DNA of 64,000 nt from Eledone cirrhosa (taxonomy: Eukaryota). The position numbers and the translations under genes are program-made. The stretch spans positions 10,544 through 74,543 of the forward strand of contig CAXHJY010001222.1 in the NCBI GenBank assembly GCA_964016885.1, in the 5' to 3' direction. How positions within the stretch are numbered: position 1 is the first letter of the stretch; each line of letters opens with the position of its first letter. Shown one piece after another: positions 1 to 14,260 of this stretch. The notes beneath the pieces were generated by a model. The model had not been told where the DNA came from, ran no database searches, and saw only the letters and a list, made by a program, of their open reading frames with translations.

Positions 1-46
1 CCATGATTTGCAACAGACACACACACTCTCTCTCTCTGTCTCCCTG

Positions 47-131
<85 letters not shown>

Positions 132-675
132 GTAGATAGAAAGTGAGAAGGAATGGAGAGATAAATAAATAGATAGAGATAGTTGGTTAGAGAGAGAAAG
201 AAGTAGTCACGTTAGTGAGTGAAAACACTTCAATCAGCTGTAATTATACTTGAATTTAGAAGGAGAATATTGCCATCTAGCGGGGTTTGAAATCTATAAA
301 CCACAAACAAGAGAGATAACACGAATAATATGTGACAAGAGAAACATTTGGAAAATGCAAACATTGTAGATGAAGGAAGATCATGATTAGAAATTCAATT
401 GCTTTAAATCATCAGACATGTTTCGTACTGATTAATTCTCATCAGCATACTCAGCACATCCACTAAATATCGACTCAAATTTATTAGTACATATACAAAT
501 AGTTTTTGGTTTCTAACTGCGATATACGTTAATGAATGATTTTCAACGTATTTTATTTTATATATGGCAACATTAATTGATCTGTTATTTTTCTCTAAAA
601 CCTTTTTTACGCTTCCGTCGTGCTCGTCTCCTGAATCTTTCTATTTCTTCTTTAATTTCTCGTCATTCTTTTTTT

Positions 676-704
676 CTGATGAAGGACTAGCGTCCGAAAC
701 GTTA
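676..704 (+). ncRNA. Candidate minimal hammerhead ribozyme motif (Penelope-associated type)
   Basis: CTGATGA-A-GGAC-TAGC-GTCC-GAAA-CGTT: intact core and stem II, palindromic AACGTT. Stem I is weak. Confidence 0.5.
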
Positions 705-817
705 ATACTCTTTTCCTACTATATTAAACGTAAAACTAAACATTTATTTCTTCATTGTACTGTGTCGTTTACTTTGATATTTCTATTTGCCTTTTGCATA
801 TATATATACATATATAT

Positions 818-1852
818 ACCAGATAGAAAAATGCGTACAGCAAAAAAAAGTAATATTGTTGGAATATAAGCCTTTAAAAATACAGGACAAGAAACTAAAA
901 TAAAACTTTAAAAGAATAGGACAAGAAACTAAGATAAAACTTTAAAAGAATAGGACAAGAAACTAAGATAAAACTTTAAAGAATTGGACAAGAAATAAAA
1001 AAAATTTTATTGGTAAAAAATCGAGTTCCACATTCATAGGCTCTGGGTTCCACATTCAGAGGTCGTCGTCAGACCGGGGAGGATCATTTGATCCTGGTTT
1101 GAACACCAATTGGGCCATAACCATACCCCTATTTCATCATTCGGCGACACGCCTCATGTGTCATGCATAATGTGAATGGACCCATGGGCCCATGAGCACA
1201 GATCTTGAGCAGCAGCGGAGGTCTTGTCGTCCCGCTCATCCTTGATCTTGACCAACCCGTCCATCTTCTCCTTGCATCTTGTCCTTGAGTTCAAGTCCGG
1301 CAGTCCAGATGAATGCGTGCCATAGCTTTCTGGTACAGGAAGGGGGAGCAGGAGGACTGGAGGGATGACGGGACAGAGGGAGGGAGGACCGGTGGTTGAG
1401 GGAGGTGCCGTAGTCGGTGGTCAGAGTCGACATCTTGTCCCGGTCGTCTTCTCCATCTTCGTCTGTGTTGCAGGACCAGAAGTGCATTCTTGGAGGAGAC
1501 CTGCAGCTGCTTCGGCCAATTCTTCTTGCAATGGTCATTCTGACGGAGCAGAACTGCTCAGCCAACCAACCCCAACCAGAACCAACCGCTCAGGGGCAAC
1601 GCACAATGAGAGCATGACAATTATTATGCACTAATCAAGAAGATACTGGGGCATAGCACAGGAAACGAATAACAAAATTTTGCCACTAATATTATTGTAA
1701 ATTTTTTATTTCTTGTCCAATTCTTTAAAGTTTTATCTTAGTTTCTTGTCCTATTCTTTTAAAGTTTTATTTTAGTTTCTTGTCCTGTATTTTTAAAGGT
1801 TTATATTCCAACAATATTACTTTTTTTTGCTGTACGCATTTTTCTATCTGGT
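818..1852. repeat. Inverted repeat pair (818-1006 / ~1699-1852) containing 33-bp tandem subrepeats
   Basis: The arms are near-exact reverse complements. The left arm has one more ggacaagaaactaagataaaactttaaaagaata-type unit than the right. Confidence 0.9.
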
Positions 1853-2675
1853 CTACTATTTTTTAAGGCAATGCAAGCAACAACTATCTAATAATTAAAT
1901 GATCATAGTGAATTACTGACAAGTGATTGACATTTTAAAGTTCTTTTGAGTATAATTGCAATCTAGTTGAGGCAACTGGTTTAATGACAAAGCTAGTAAA
2001 TCATGAATGCATTTGAGATGATTAGTGCATAATAGTGAATTGGTGAAACTTGTGCATTTCAATGGTGTTACAACAATAGATGTAAGTTATATAGTAGTAA
2101 TACTTTATCATTTTAACTTTTTAGAATGGACAAAAACCCATGCAAAGAAATGACTTTGACTGCAGTGATTCTCTCCAATTTACGTACAAAGCAAAACGTG
2201 GTCAAATACCTTATCATCTCTGATAAAATGTCAAATGGCCAACATTGTTCAAATGAATCATATCTGGTTTGAAGTCAGATTTGTCAAATTTTGACCAATT
2301 TTCAATGTTGTGAAGATTGGGCAAGTTCAATTTTTGAATCATTTCTTTCATGCAGTAATTAAAATTTTCCAAACGTCGTCATTTCTGGATTACCTCCCCT
2401 AGCGTCACGCTTACTACTCACTCACTTGAACACAAGATTTATCAGCAAACTTTGATTATAAACTTTTTCCCGCTGGACCAAATTTCTAGATTTTTAAGCC
2501 AAAAGATGCGTAATGATCTACTGTTCATGCTCATATAAGTTTTATCTCAGTTAAATAAAGGAGAGCCGCGCTGTACTGTCGTAAACAGACGATTGCCAAC
2601 GAAAACACGACCACAACAATATTACTAAACGGACTAGCGTCCGTTTAGGATATATAGTAGAAACAAAGTTTTTGT

Positions 2676-2771
2676 AGGAGGTACTTTTAAACTGGCCCTT
2701 CATTCGGGCACGTAGATAAAGATATCTTTGTCCACTTTCCCGAATGAAGGGCTAGTTTTAATGCGCCTCCT
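2676..2771. repeat. ~96-bp imperfect palindrome (MITE-like)
   Basis: 33-bp outer arms plus inner arms gtagataaaga/tctttgtccac. atatatagt is duplicated at 2650-2658 and 2775-2783. Confidence 0.65.
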
Positions 2772-2954
2772 CCAATATATAGTGGTAACCACTACTGGAC
2801 TCCGAAACCAATGTTAGCACATACATGTTAAGTGTATGTAAGTTTTTAAATACTAAATATGCTCTCTTGCAACTGATTGACCACTGTTTTCTTTGATCTT
2901 TCATCTAAGGATTTCTACACACACTCACAAAATACGAATCTAAATAGTTTAAGT

Positions 2955-3228
2955 CTTAAGCCAGAAGGCTTATTTGGCCGGTGCTTATCCCGGTTTCATG
3001 GCATGAAGCGACTGAAAGTACAAGACTTCCTCCTGGACAGGACGCCAGTCCATCGCAGGGTTAAACCCCCAGCCATTGCTGGTATTCGTTTTCAGCTGAG
3101 TATACTGGAGCAACGTGAAATGAAATGTTTTGTCCAATAACACAACACACAACCCAGCCCAGGAATCGAACCCACGACAATATGATTGTAAGTCCAACAC
3201 TCTTACCACTAGGCCACATGCCTCCACA
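2955..3228 (-). mobile_element. tRNA-derived SINE (family A) with a conserved central domain
   Basis: Minus strand has box A (TGGCCTAGTGG), box B (GGTTCGATTCC), and a body containing CCCTGCGATGGACTGGCGTCCTGTCCAGG and GCTTCATGCCATGAAACCGGGATAAGC. Confidence 0.8.
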
Positions 3229-4474
3229 AATATTAATAGTATCAGTAGAAAATGAACACAATTATATAAGACGGATAACTTTATCTTTACCGCATCAGCC
3301 ACCTTGCAGATGTGCAATTTCGCAAATTAAGTTGGTAGTCCCCCCCACCCCACACACACTTCCGCTCTCCCTTTCTCACTCTACTTGCTGTTTCTACCTG
3401 TTGTTTTCTTTTCTTTTTTCATTTTCTTTTTTACTCCTCCCCCCTCCTCGCCCTCTCTACTATCATTCTCTTCTCCTCTCTAATAGCTGCTCCTATTGCC
3501 ACTTCCGCAGCCTGTTATTTTCCTTCTTTCGGCTGTTTGGCTTAGATAGACGTTTTTTGCTTCACCCGGTGTTGTTTGTCTGCCTGTTCGACTATCTCTC
3601 GTATTTACCGCCACAAGTCCTTTTCTGTTCTCTTCGTTCTCTATACGCATTTTCCTTGTCCGGCTCCTCACTCGGTTTCTTCTGTGTTTCATCTGCCTAT
3701 CGTCCCCCTCGTGGGTTGCCTCTTTTGGTCTTATTCACGCTCTCTTTCCTGTTTCCCGTTCTCCCTCTACTTGCTGAGACGCACTATCCCGCTCTATTAT
3801 TCAGCCCCCCCCTCTCTCTCTCTCTCTCTCTTCCGCTCTTCATTTCTCTCCCTATACTTGCTGTCTCTCATGTTTACCTCCACCTGTTGTTTTCTTTCCT
3901 TTTCATCGTCTTCATTCACCCCCTCTCTACCGTCTTACTCTTCTCCCCTCCACTATCTGTTCTTGCTGCCATTTCTACAGCCCGCTATTTTCTTTTCTTT
4001 TGGTAGCTTGGTCTGGGTAAGACGTCTTTTACTACGCTCTCTGGTCTGTTTCCCTGTCTGTCTCTTATTTTTCTGTTGCACGATCCAGCTTGTTTAAAAT
4101 GGTCGTCTCAATTAAATCGTGCGAAACCAGTTTTGCAGGTTTGAGCGCTGAAGTGGAAGAATATGTGTGTATAAACTTTATTTGTTGCATTCTTCAGGTC
4201 ACTTCTTTGCGTCTGTGTGCACTTTCTTGAACTACTCCGCTCTGAATCTCTTGTGTGTTCCATCTACCTGTCACCCACCTCGTAGATTGACTCTCTGGCG
4301 ACCACAGGCTGAGGGAAAAGATGCCTCTCTGTCCTGAGGCATCTTTTCCCTCGGCTGTCTTGGACGGTATTTGGCTGATTTAACTGTTGTCCTAGCGTTG
4401 AGTTTCACATTTTTATATGAATTTTAATATATTCTCGCCGTCTCGACAAGAGACATCAATGTTTATTCATATAT

Positions 4475-4475
4475 A

Positions 4476-4526
<51 letters not shown>

Positions 4527-4589
4527 GTGTGTGTGTGTGGGAGAGAGCCAGAGAGTCAGAGAGCCAGAGAGCCAGAGAGTGTGTGTGTG

Positions 4590-4660
<71 letters not shown>
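4475..4660. repeat. (GA)n/(GT)n compound microsatellite
   Basis: Read directly. Further (TA)n, (TC)n and (GA)n runs lie at 51-128, 5866-5942, 6059-6245, 7030-7107, 9337-9413 and 32073-32165. Confidence 0.95.
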
Positions 4661-4663
<3 letters not shown>

Positions 4664-4711
4664 CATATGTATGTATTGCGTGTTTGTTTATAGGTATGTA
4701 AAATTAAATAT

Positions 4712-4865
4712 AGGCGTTGAATTGGCAGAGTCGTTAGAACGTCGGAAAGAATGTTTTATGGTATTCCTTCTCTGCTCTCCGAGTTCAAATCCAGCCGAAG
4801 TCAACTTTGCCTTTCGTCCTTTCGAGGTCGATAAAAAAAAGTACCAGTCTATAACTGGGGTCGAT
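4712..4865 (+). mobile_element. SINE family B copy
   Basis: gaattggcaga...gagttcaaat...ccgaagtcaactttgcctttc...gtcgataaa...gtaccag; the same consensus recurs about ten times in the window. Confidence 0.8.
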
Positions 4866-5087
4866 TCTTCCTCTCTTTGGAAGAAATCTGCTGTACAGAG
4901 GTCCAGAGAGGGATAGGCACCGCCAGGTTTAATATGCCCAAGAAACGCCCTATTTCAATACTGCGCCTCTCCGACTCTATCAGGAGTTACGGGTCCATAC
5001 ATATTATACGAACGAAAGATTGCCTGTGAAAATGTCGTGGTAGTTGTAGTGGAAGTGGTGGAATCCGAAATTTTGGTTAAACTGTAA

Positions 5088-5515
5088 ATAATTGTTTCTA
5101 ATTTAGGCACAAGGCCAGCAATTACCCAGTACATTACTCGTACTTTATTTTATCGACCCCCGTAAGGATGAAAGGCAAAGTCAATTTCTGATTTAGGCAC
5201 AAGGCCAACAATTTTTGCGGATGGAAAAGTCGATTAAATCGATCCCAGTGCATTACTGGTGCTTTATTTAATAAGATGAGAGGCAAAGTTAACCTCGGAG
5301 GAATTTGAACTCAGATCATAAAGGGCCGTAACTCTATGCTGCAAAGCACGGCGTCCGACCTTCTACCGATACTGCCAATCCAACTGTAAATAATTGTTTC
5401 TACTTTTGGCACACAAGGCCAGCAATTATCCCAGTGTATTACTGGTACTTTATTTTATCGACCCCCGTAAGGATGAAAGGCAAAGTTAACCTCGGCGGGA
5501 TTTGAATTCAGAATC
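5088..5515 (-). mobile_element. Cluster of three head-to-tail SINE family B copies or fragments
   Basis: Repeated ggcacaaggcca...tactttatttta...aaggatgaaaggcaaagt, separated by repeated aactgtaaa at 5080, 5381 and 5517. Confidence 0.85.
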
Positions 5516-5862
5516 CAACTGTAAACAATGTCAGCCGAGACGTCTGTCGATGAATTAAAAGAAATTACCTGCAAAGCGATGTCAGTTAGTCACTTAATGT
5601 GCCGTTCCTTGCAGTTAATGCTGACTGCTTTGCCACGTAATGATAGTTATATATAGAAATAATAGATATATTATTTATCTCTTAGACTGTTCTACACTCT
5701 CGCCTTCACAGTCCATGCTTAACTCTGCATCCAACACTCATACCATACAACTCCACCTCCATACACATTTTATATATTTTTTTCTTTTTGTTTCTCAGTA
5801 TAAAGAAACATGCATTCAAAAGGTATATGGTAGACAGGATCGATTATGATTGATACGAATTA

Positions 5863-5945
<83 letters not shown>

Positions 5946-5986
5946 CTTTCTCTCCCTATCTCTCTCTCTGTCACTGTATATATATA

Positions 5987-6942
<956 letters not shown>

Positions 6943-7026
6943 TTTGCTCTACGGTTCTTATATATTTGATATATATTTATCCTTATCGAGCCCTCTTTGG
7001 ATTTTAGTCTTCAAATTTATTATTAT

Positions 7027-7116
<90 letters not shown>

Positions 7117-7292
7117 AAGAGAAGAGTTTTTTTCATATAAAACAAACGCGATGTCCTGCACGGGTGAAAATACAAGAAAAAATCGAAAATGCAACTGGAG
7201 TCTTTTTAAGAATATTTATTTATTTCCTTTACCGGTTTCACAGTTCTTATGCTTTTCAAAAGTAGAATTGAGATGGACAGTTTGTGGTTTGT

Positions 7293-7620
7293 CTCGCATG
7301 GATTAATGGTTAGAGTGTTGTGCTTGCAATTGAGAGGTTGCGAGTTGGATCCTCGGACTGGGCGATAGGTTGCATCCTTCAGCAAGACGCTTTATTTGCG
7401 TTGTCCCAGTTCACTCAGCTGTAGAAATGAGTTGCGACGTCACTGGTGCCAAGCTGTATCCGCCATTGGCTTTGCCTTAGACAACATCGATAACGTTGAG
7501 AAGGGATACTGGTATGCATGTGTGACAGCTGTTCTTACACAAAAAATATTGCCCAGACTTATGCCTCCGAGGGCTAAATCCAATTGTAATTCGTGGCTGA
7601 AGGGGGTCATTACCCTTTAA
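7293..7620 (+). mobile_element. Diverged tRNA-derived SINE (head related to family A)
   Basis: Box A-like TGGATTAATGG, degenerate box B, and gttgtcccagttcactcagctg shared with the 2955-3228 copy. Confidence 0.6.
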
Positions 7621-7649
7621 TATGAAGTAAAACTTTCTGAGTTTTGTGT

Positions 7650-9060
7650 GCTACATGAAGTATATAGAAATATAGTGAGTGAAAAGGGTGGTACTCTGCC
7701 GAGTATATCCTCACAATTTCAAGACCGAAGCTCTCTTTAATGATGTTCAGGTGATGGAAAGCAAGCAGCCATTTCGTTTTTCTTCCGACCATTCTTTGTC
7801 TAGCCAAAACTCTTTAAATAAATATGCTTCGCTGGCGAAGTCTATTAAGATAGAAGCATGTCCATTGCTTTCATCAATTATGATTATAGACCGGGTACAC
7901 TCCCAATGTATTCATGTCCTAAATTGTTCCCAAAGACTCGAAACATCCAATGTTACAGGAGTAGATATTGAAACGAATATAATTCAATATTTCATGTAGG
8001 TGTTGAAATTTCAGAAGGAAATGTGGTATTACAAGGAAAAATTAAAAAGAATTTTGAGGTGAAGAGAGACGATAAATGCTGCTCTTTGAACTCCACTTCC
8101 CTGGTAAATGCGCTTGATTGAAGCTATTAATCAAATCTTCGTATCTGTAGTGATTACCGCGGCAATATAGTGACACTACAGGATAGGGATCGAGCCTGTA
8201 AATTGAGTCAAAACTTGAATCTCAATTCACAGACAATATGCAAGCTGCTTAGTGTGTTATCCATTTTGGTACCTATAACTGTTCCACTCAAACGTTTGTA
8301 GAAATCACTGGAGAAAGATAGGCAGTTTAAGATGAGGATATAATCACAGAAACAGTGAAATATAAATATGTTGGCTAGAAAACTGATATAGGGAACCAAA
8401 AAGAACTTAAGTACCGGGATATCTTCATCTATAGATTACAGAGATTAAAAAATAAGAAATGAATTACTGGAGAATATTGTTGATGGCGTTGATAAAGCCT
8501 GAAGGACATATCTTTGTAGCAATTAAAGAATAGTTTGATGTAACAACTGCATGCTAATGTGACGGGACGTCGGTAGGGATTGCTGTTATTTTAAGTTCAT
8601 TGAAGAAGATGGTGAAGTCTCGGGGTATTTACATAACGAAGTTAACATTGTAGGTGAAATTTGAGAGGAGTTGAACTGATGTACAGTGGTAAAGATTTTA
8701 CTTGTGCAGTGTAAGGTCTCTGGGTATATTGTGACAAAACTGCGGCCCATTAATCATACAGGGACATTCCATTGTCACCCGGATTTATGAGAATATCTTC
8801 TCAGCTATGGAGGTGAGGGAGTATTACACGTTCAGGTGTAGAGATGTTAAAACACTTATGCCTCTTTCGTAAATTAAAACTCTCCAAGGCATGGAGACAT
8901 TTGTGGCAAACATTGTCTACAAAGATGTACAGAAACAAGTTAATCAAAGAATTGTTCTGACTGTTCGCATTTGAAATCCATACACTAGTAATCATTGTTG
9001 TGAAAGGAAGCACTTTATGGAATCCATCACTGTTTATATCAGCCCTCTAAAAATAAACAA
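7650..9060 (-). mobile_element. Decayed Penelope-like element (RT remnant); boundaries approximate
   Basis: Minus-strand translations give DILINPGDNG near 8770-8800 (compare the PLE motif DIxIKPADKG) and ILILNCLSFSSDFYKRLSGTVIGTKM near 8260-8340 (compare NxFxFxxxxYxQxxGxAMGxxM). Many stops. Confidence 0.6.
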
Positions 9061-9332
9061 ATTTACGAATGAATTTTTATGGAATATATTTATAATAAAT
9101 TTCTTGTGTCTTTTTTTCTTCTACACACTTTACTTAATCCTCCCCCTTTCCTTCTCTCCACGAAAGCCACATCCCCCTTTACTAACACTACACTCTTGGC
9201 CGACTTTCTAAAACTATTTTCTCAGCTTTCTCCGTCGCATCCGATATCATTATCCACATAGTAACTTCAGTAACTTCAATTTTTTTTCCGAGTTGTCTCG
9301 TCTGCAGCCCAATCGAATACCCTACATGAACT

Positions 9333-9418
<86 letters not shown>

Positions 9419-10257
9419 TTTCAATATCAAGAGAAGGAGAAAAGACAAGATGAAAATGATAGAACCTATCCAATTTACAGCAATTGAATTGTTCCAACTG
9501 TTATAGGATTAGCCCGTTGACTAATTGTTATCAATACAGACAGAGACAACCATTAGTTTGCTCTCACTCAAAGGAGTATTGCAGCCAGGAACAACTCATT
9601 CATTCCTTGAGCATTGTGCATACGACTATATTATAAAACCTTTCTTTCTTTTCAAGTGGAAACACTAGGATGTTAATTTAATGGAAATTTGGCTACTATA
9701 TCAAGCAGGTTAAACGACTCCACAGAGGCCCATAAGATATTATGTTATATTTATGGTTAAGACAATATTGTAATAGGGTGGTGTCGTTTAATTCTGATTC
9801 CATATCACGTTAAGATTGATGCCTCCATTTCATTAATCTTCCACAACCGACCAATAAGATGAGCTAGCTGTCGTTAATATACGAAGATCTCTCAATACTT
9901 CTACGCTTTTATAATAAATAAATGACCGATATTAGAAGAATAAATTAACGGAAACGTAAATGAAAGAAAAGGAAACATGTCACTGATAAAAAAAATAAAC
10001 TTAAAGCGAATAATGATTAAATAAAAAATTGAAGCAATATTTAAAATAAAATGGTAGAAATAGCTAAAGAATATTAGGGGAAAAAATAAATAACAAAGCA
10101 AACGAAGATACAAATAAAAATCATAATAAAAGATTGTAGAATAAATAAATAAGAAATAAATAAGAACGGGTGGAATGAATGAAGATTAAAAAATATGTAC
10201 GGACGATTAAAATTACGATGAGGGTAAAGAAAAAATCGTTCTAAGCACACGAAGTCA

Positions 10258-10260
<3 letters not shown>

Positions 10261-10290
<30 letters not shown>

Positions 10291-10349
10291 TGTATGTATG
10301 TATGTATGTATGTATGTATGTATGTATGTATGTATGTATGTATGTATGA

Positions 10350-10410
<61 letters not shown>
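10261..10410. repeat. (TATG)n + (TA)n microsatellite
   Basis: Read directly. Confidence 0.95.
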
Positions 10411-10419
<9 letters not shown>

Positions 10420-10773
10420 AGAAAAAGCATTGAAAAATACAGAATGAGTGAATCAGAAATATAAAAAAAGAGAACACAACAGTTTGGTCCAATGAAAAAG
10501 AAAATTAAAATAAATAAAAATGATGAAACTGAAGAAAATGATCAAAGCCTTAAAAAACAAAAGCTAGAAAAAAAAAAAAAAAAAATTTAAATGAAAATAA
10601 AAATACAACAAATGGTCAAATAAAAAAAAAAAATGAAGAATGAATCCATGCAGAAAAAAAAAAAACCCAACTGACAAACAAAATTAAAAAAAAAGTAATT
10701 TCTCATGTGAATAAACTGCATTAATGTAGCAAAGGTAATAGATTATATAAGAGTAATTGCAAATTAAAAAAAC

Positions 10774-10825
<52 letters not shown>

Positions 10826-10828
<3 letters not shown>

Positions 10829-10902
10829 GATTTCATTTATTGGCCACAAGGGCCGACATATAGGGGACAATAGAAAACACTGGGACAGTGGGGGTTTACA
10901 TA
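10826..10902 (-). mobile_element. ~75-bp extreme 3' stub of a Tx1-type LINE within (TA)n
   Basis: The reverse complement tatgtaaacccccactg...tgtcccctatatgtcggcccttgtggccaataaatgaaat matches the 3' ends at 22803-22865 and 23733-23801. Confidence 0.65.
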
Positions 10903-10932
10903 TACATATATATATATATACATATACATATA

Positions 10933-10978
<46 letters not shown>

Positions 10979-11298
10979 GATAATAACAATATAACTACAA
11001 TATCTAAACTAAAACTAAAGAATATATACGGAATGTAATCGAATTGTGAGAAAAAACATGAATTTTGACATAAAACAGAAGGAAACTTCTAGAAATGTTT
11101 TTTTTTTTGTGGGGGAACATACAATAAGATGCCCCATAAAAATAAATACTAAAAATATAATAAAAGTAAAATAAACGTAATTATAAAGAAACAAAAAACC
11201 CCACAAATGAATGAATATTTCGATTACTGAAAAGAGAAATCCCGTAGGTTTGATTAGAGGTATTAAGACTTACCAAGTGCCTTCTTGTGTCTCTTTTT

Positions 11299-12315
<1,017 letters not shown>

Positions 12316-12627
12316 ACAATAATAAAATAATATAAATGATACGTAAATCAGTAGAAATATTTCCCTTAATGAATGAAAATAACTCGATGAATGGTAATCG
12401 ATGTCTTCTATATATATTTGTGGTTGCTTCTGGGGATTTTTTTGTTTTTTTTTGCTAAGGTTATTGTTGTTGATATTGTTTTTGTCGCCATTGTTGTTTC
12501 TTTTGTTTAAATAGGTAATAAGAAACCATAAAGTATAAAATGGGAAAATTTAGTTCAATTCCTCTCGGGGTGATTGATCATTCGATCATTGACGTTTCTT
12601 AAGTAACAAAACTGAACAATATATAAA

Positions 12628-12745
12628 AGCGCGTGGCTGAGTGGTTAGAGAATGCCATTTGCAATCGTGAGGTTGTAAATTCGATTCCTAGACCAGGAGA
12701 TGCGTTATGTCCTTGAGCAAGACACATTATTTTTTTCACGTTGCT
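12628..12745 (+). mobile_element. tRNA-derived SINE 5' fragment
   Basis: TGGCTGAGTGG box A, a box-B-like ttcgattcc, and a tgtccttgagcaagacac segment. Confidence 0.65.
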
Positions 12746-13809
12746 TCTTCTACCCGGAGTTGCGAGCGATAGAGAGAATTAGCAATTAGAAAGATCAATG
12801 GAAACATTGTTTCCTCGGTCCGATTTGTCGAAAATTGATCGACTGTCGATATACATATATAAATATACATACTCACACATACGCACATTGATATATATGT
12901 ATATTTATGTGTATATATATATATATATATATATAGGAACAGTATAATTTTTCGACCTTTTATACACTATCCTTAGAATCTGCTGTATAGATTTCACTTT
13001 CAACGCCTGACTGACTTTCCCCACTCCCTCTTTGTTTACCGGTAAGTTGAACCACCCCTAACTCCCACCAAATGCCATGATGGATTTATCTGTCTTTATA
13101 ACAAATTTTAACCAATCATCTTGACAATTACTATCTTCCCATATAAGGAAATTCCCATTGAGAAGTTTGGCTATTTATTTACCAGGCTAAACATTCTTAT
13201 TTAGTCCAGAAATATCTGTCGAAACGGCTTGAGCTCTGCCGTCGGGGTCTTACTTATTCCTATTACCCACTCTACTACCCTAAGTATTGAGTACTTTGGT
13301 GCGTTATGGTCCATCTGGTTCCTTACCACAATTCCTTCGTTATATATATATATATATTCGTCTCATTCTGACGTCACTAGCCCTGTCTCCATGTGTGTTT
13401 ATTAATTCAATTCCACACGAGGTTTGACTAGCCTGCTTTTAAATTCCCCTTTGGCATATTTTAGCTGTGGTTCTTAGTTAACGTTGTTGAGCACTACTGA
13501 GGAACGGACCCAACCGTGACTAACCCCACTGAAAAGTTTCGTGAAATAGTCTGTTTAAGACTATATAGTGCATTTGTAGATTTTTCCAAATTGACGGATA
13601 AGTATTTAGACTTAATTTTATTTTGAATTAAGATTCTATTGGTTTTTTCCCCGGATTACACAAAATCTGTGGATAAAATCTTTGGTCTTGACTTGTTTTG
13701 AATTGGGATTAAATTATTTTCCCATATCTTAAGTTAAATATTTTTCATCTTGACGTAATAGTCACTTATATGTCTGAATTACTGTTGGCTTCTTGCTTAC
13801 ATTAATTTC

Positions 13810-13970
13810 TCATGCTTTGACGCATGGAGTTACGGCCCTTGCCATTCTGAGTTCAAATCCCGCCGAGGTTAACTTTGCCTTTCATCCTTACGGGGTCGAT
13901 AAAATAAAGTACCAGTAATGCACTGACTGGGTAATTGGTGGCCTTGTGCCAAAAGTAGAACAATTAATTT
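13810..13970 (+). mobile_element. SINE family B copy
   Basis: ctgagttcaaatcccgccgaggttaactttgcctttcatccttacggggtcgataaaataaagtaccag, flanked by attaatttctc on both sides. Confidence 0.85.
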
Positions 13971-13976
13971 CTCTAT

Positions 13977-14010
<34 letters not shown>

Positions 14011-14077
14011 CCACAGTTAAATAAACTAATTAATACATTAGAGGTGTTTCATTTATTTAAAATCATCAGGTAATTAA

Positions 14078-14260
14078 TTGTTTCTACTTTTGGCACAAGG
14101 CCAGCAATAAACCAGTGCATTACTAGTACTTTATTTTATCGACCCCGTAAGGGTGAAAGACAAAGTTAACCTCGGCGGGATTTGAACTCAGACTGTAAAG
14201 TGACGCAACTATGCGAGAAAGCATGGCGTCCAACCCTCTACCGATACTGCCAATTCACCG
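14078..14260 (-). mobile_element. SINE family B copy with a target-site duplication
   Basis: Reverse complement of the family consensus, with tcatcaggtaattaat duplicated on both flanks. Confidence 0.88.

Noticed and set aside
3150-3228. tRNA gene (also at 7293 and 12628)
   Set aside because: Box A and box B are present but continue into SINE bodies, with no complete cloverleaf.
3125-4097. 293-aa and 173-aa Leu/Ser/Phe-rich ORFs
   Set aside because: Pyrimidine-rich low complexity suppresses stops. One ORF starts inside an antisense SINE, and no domain is recognisable.
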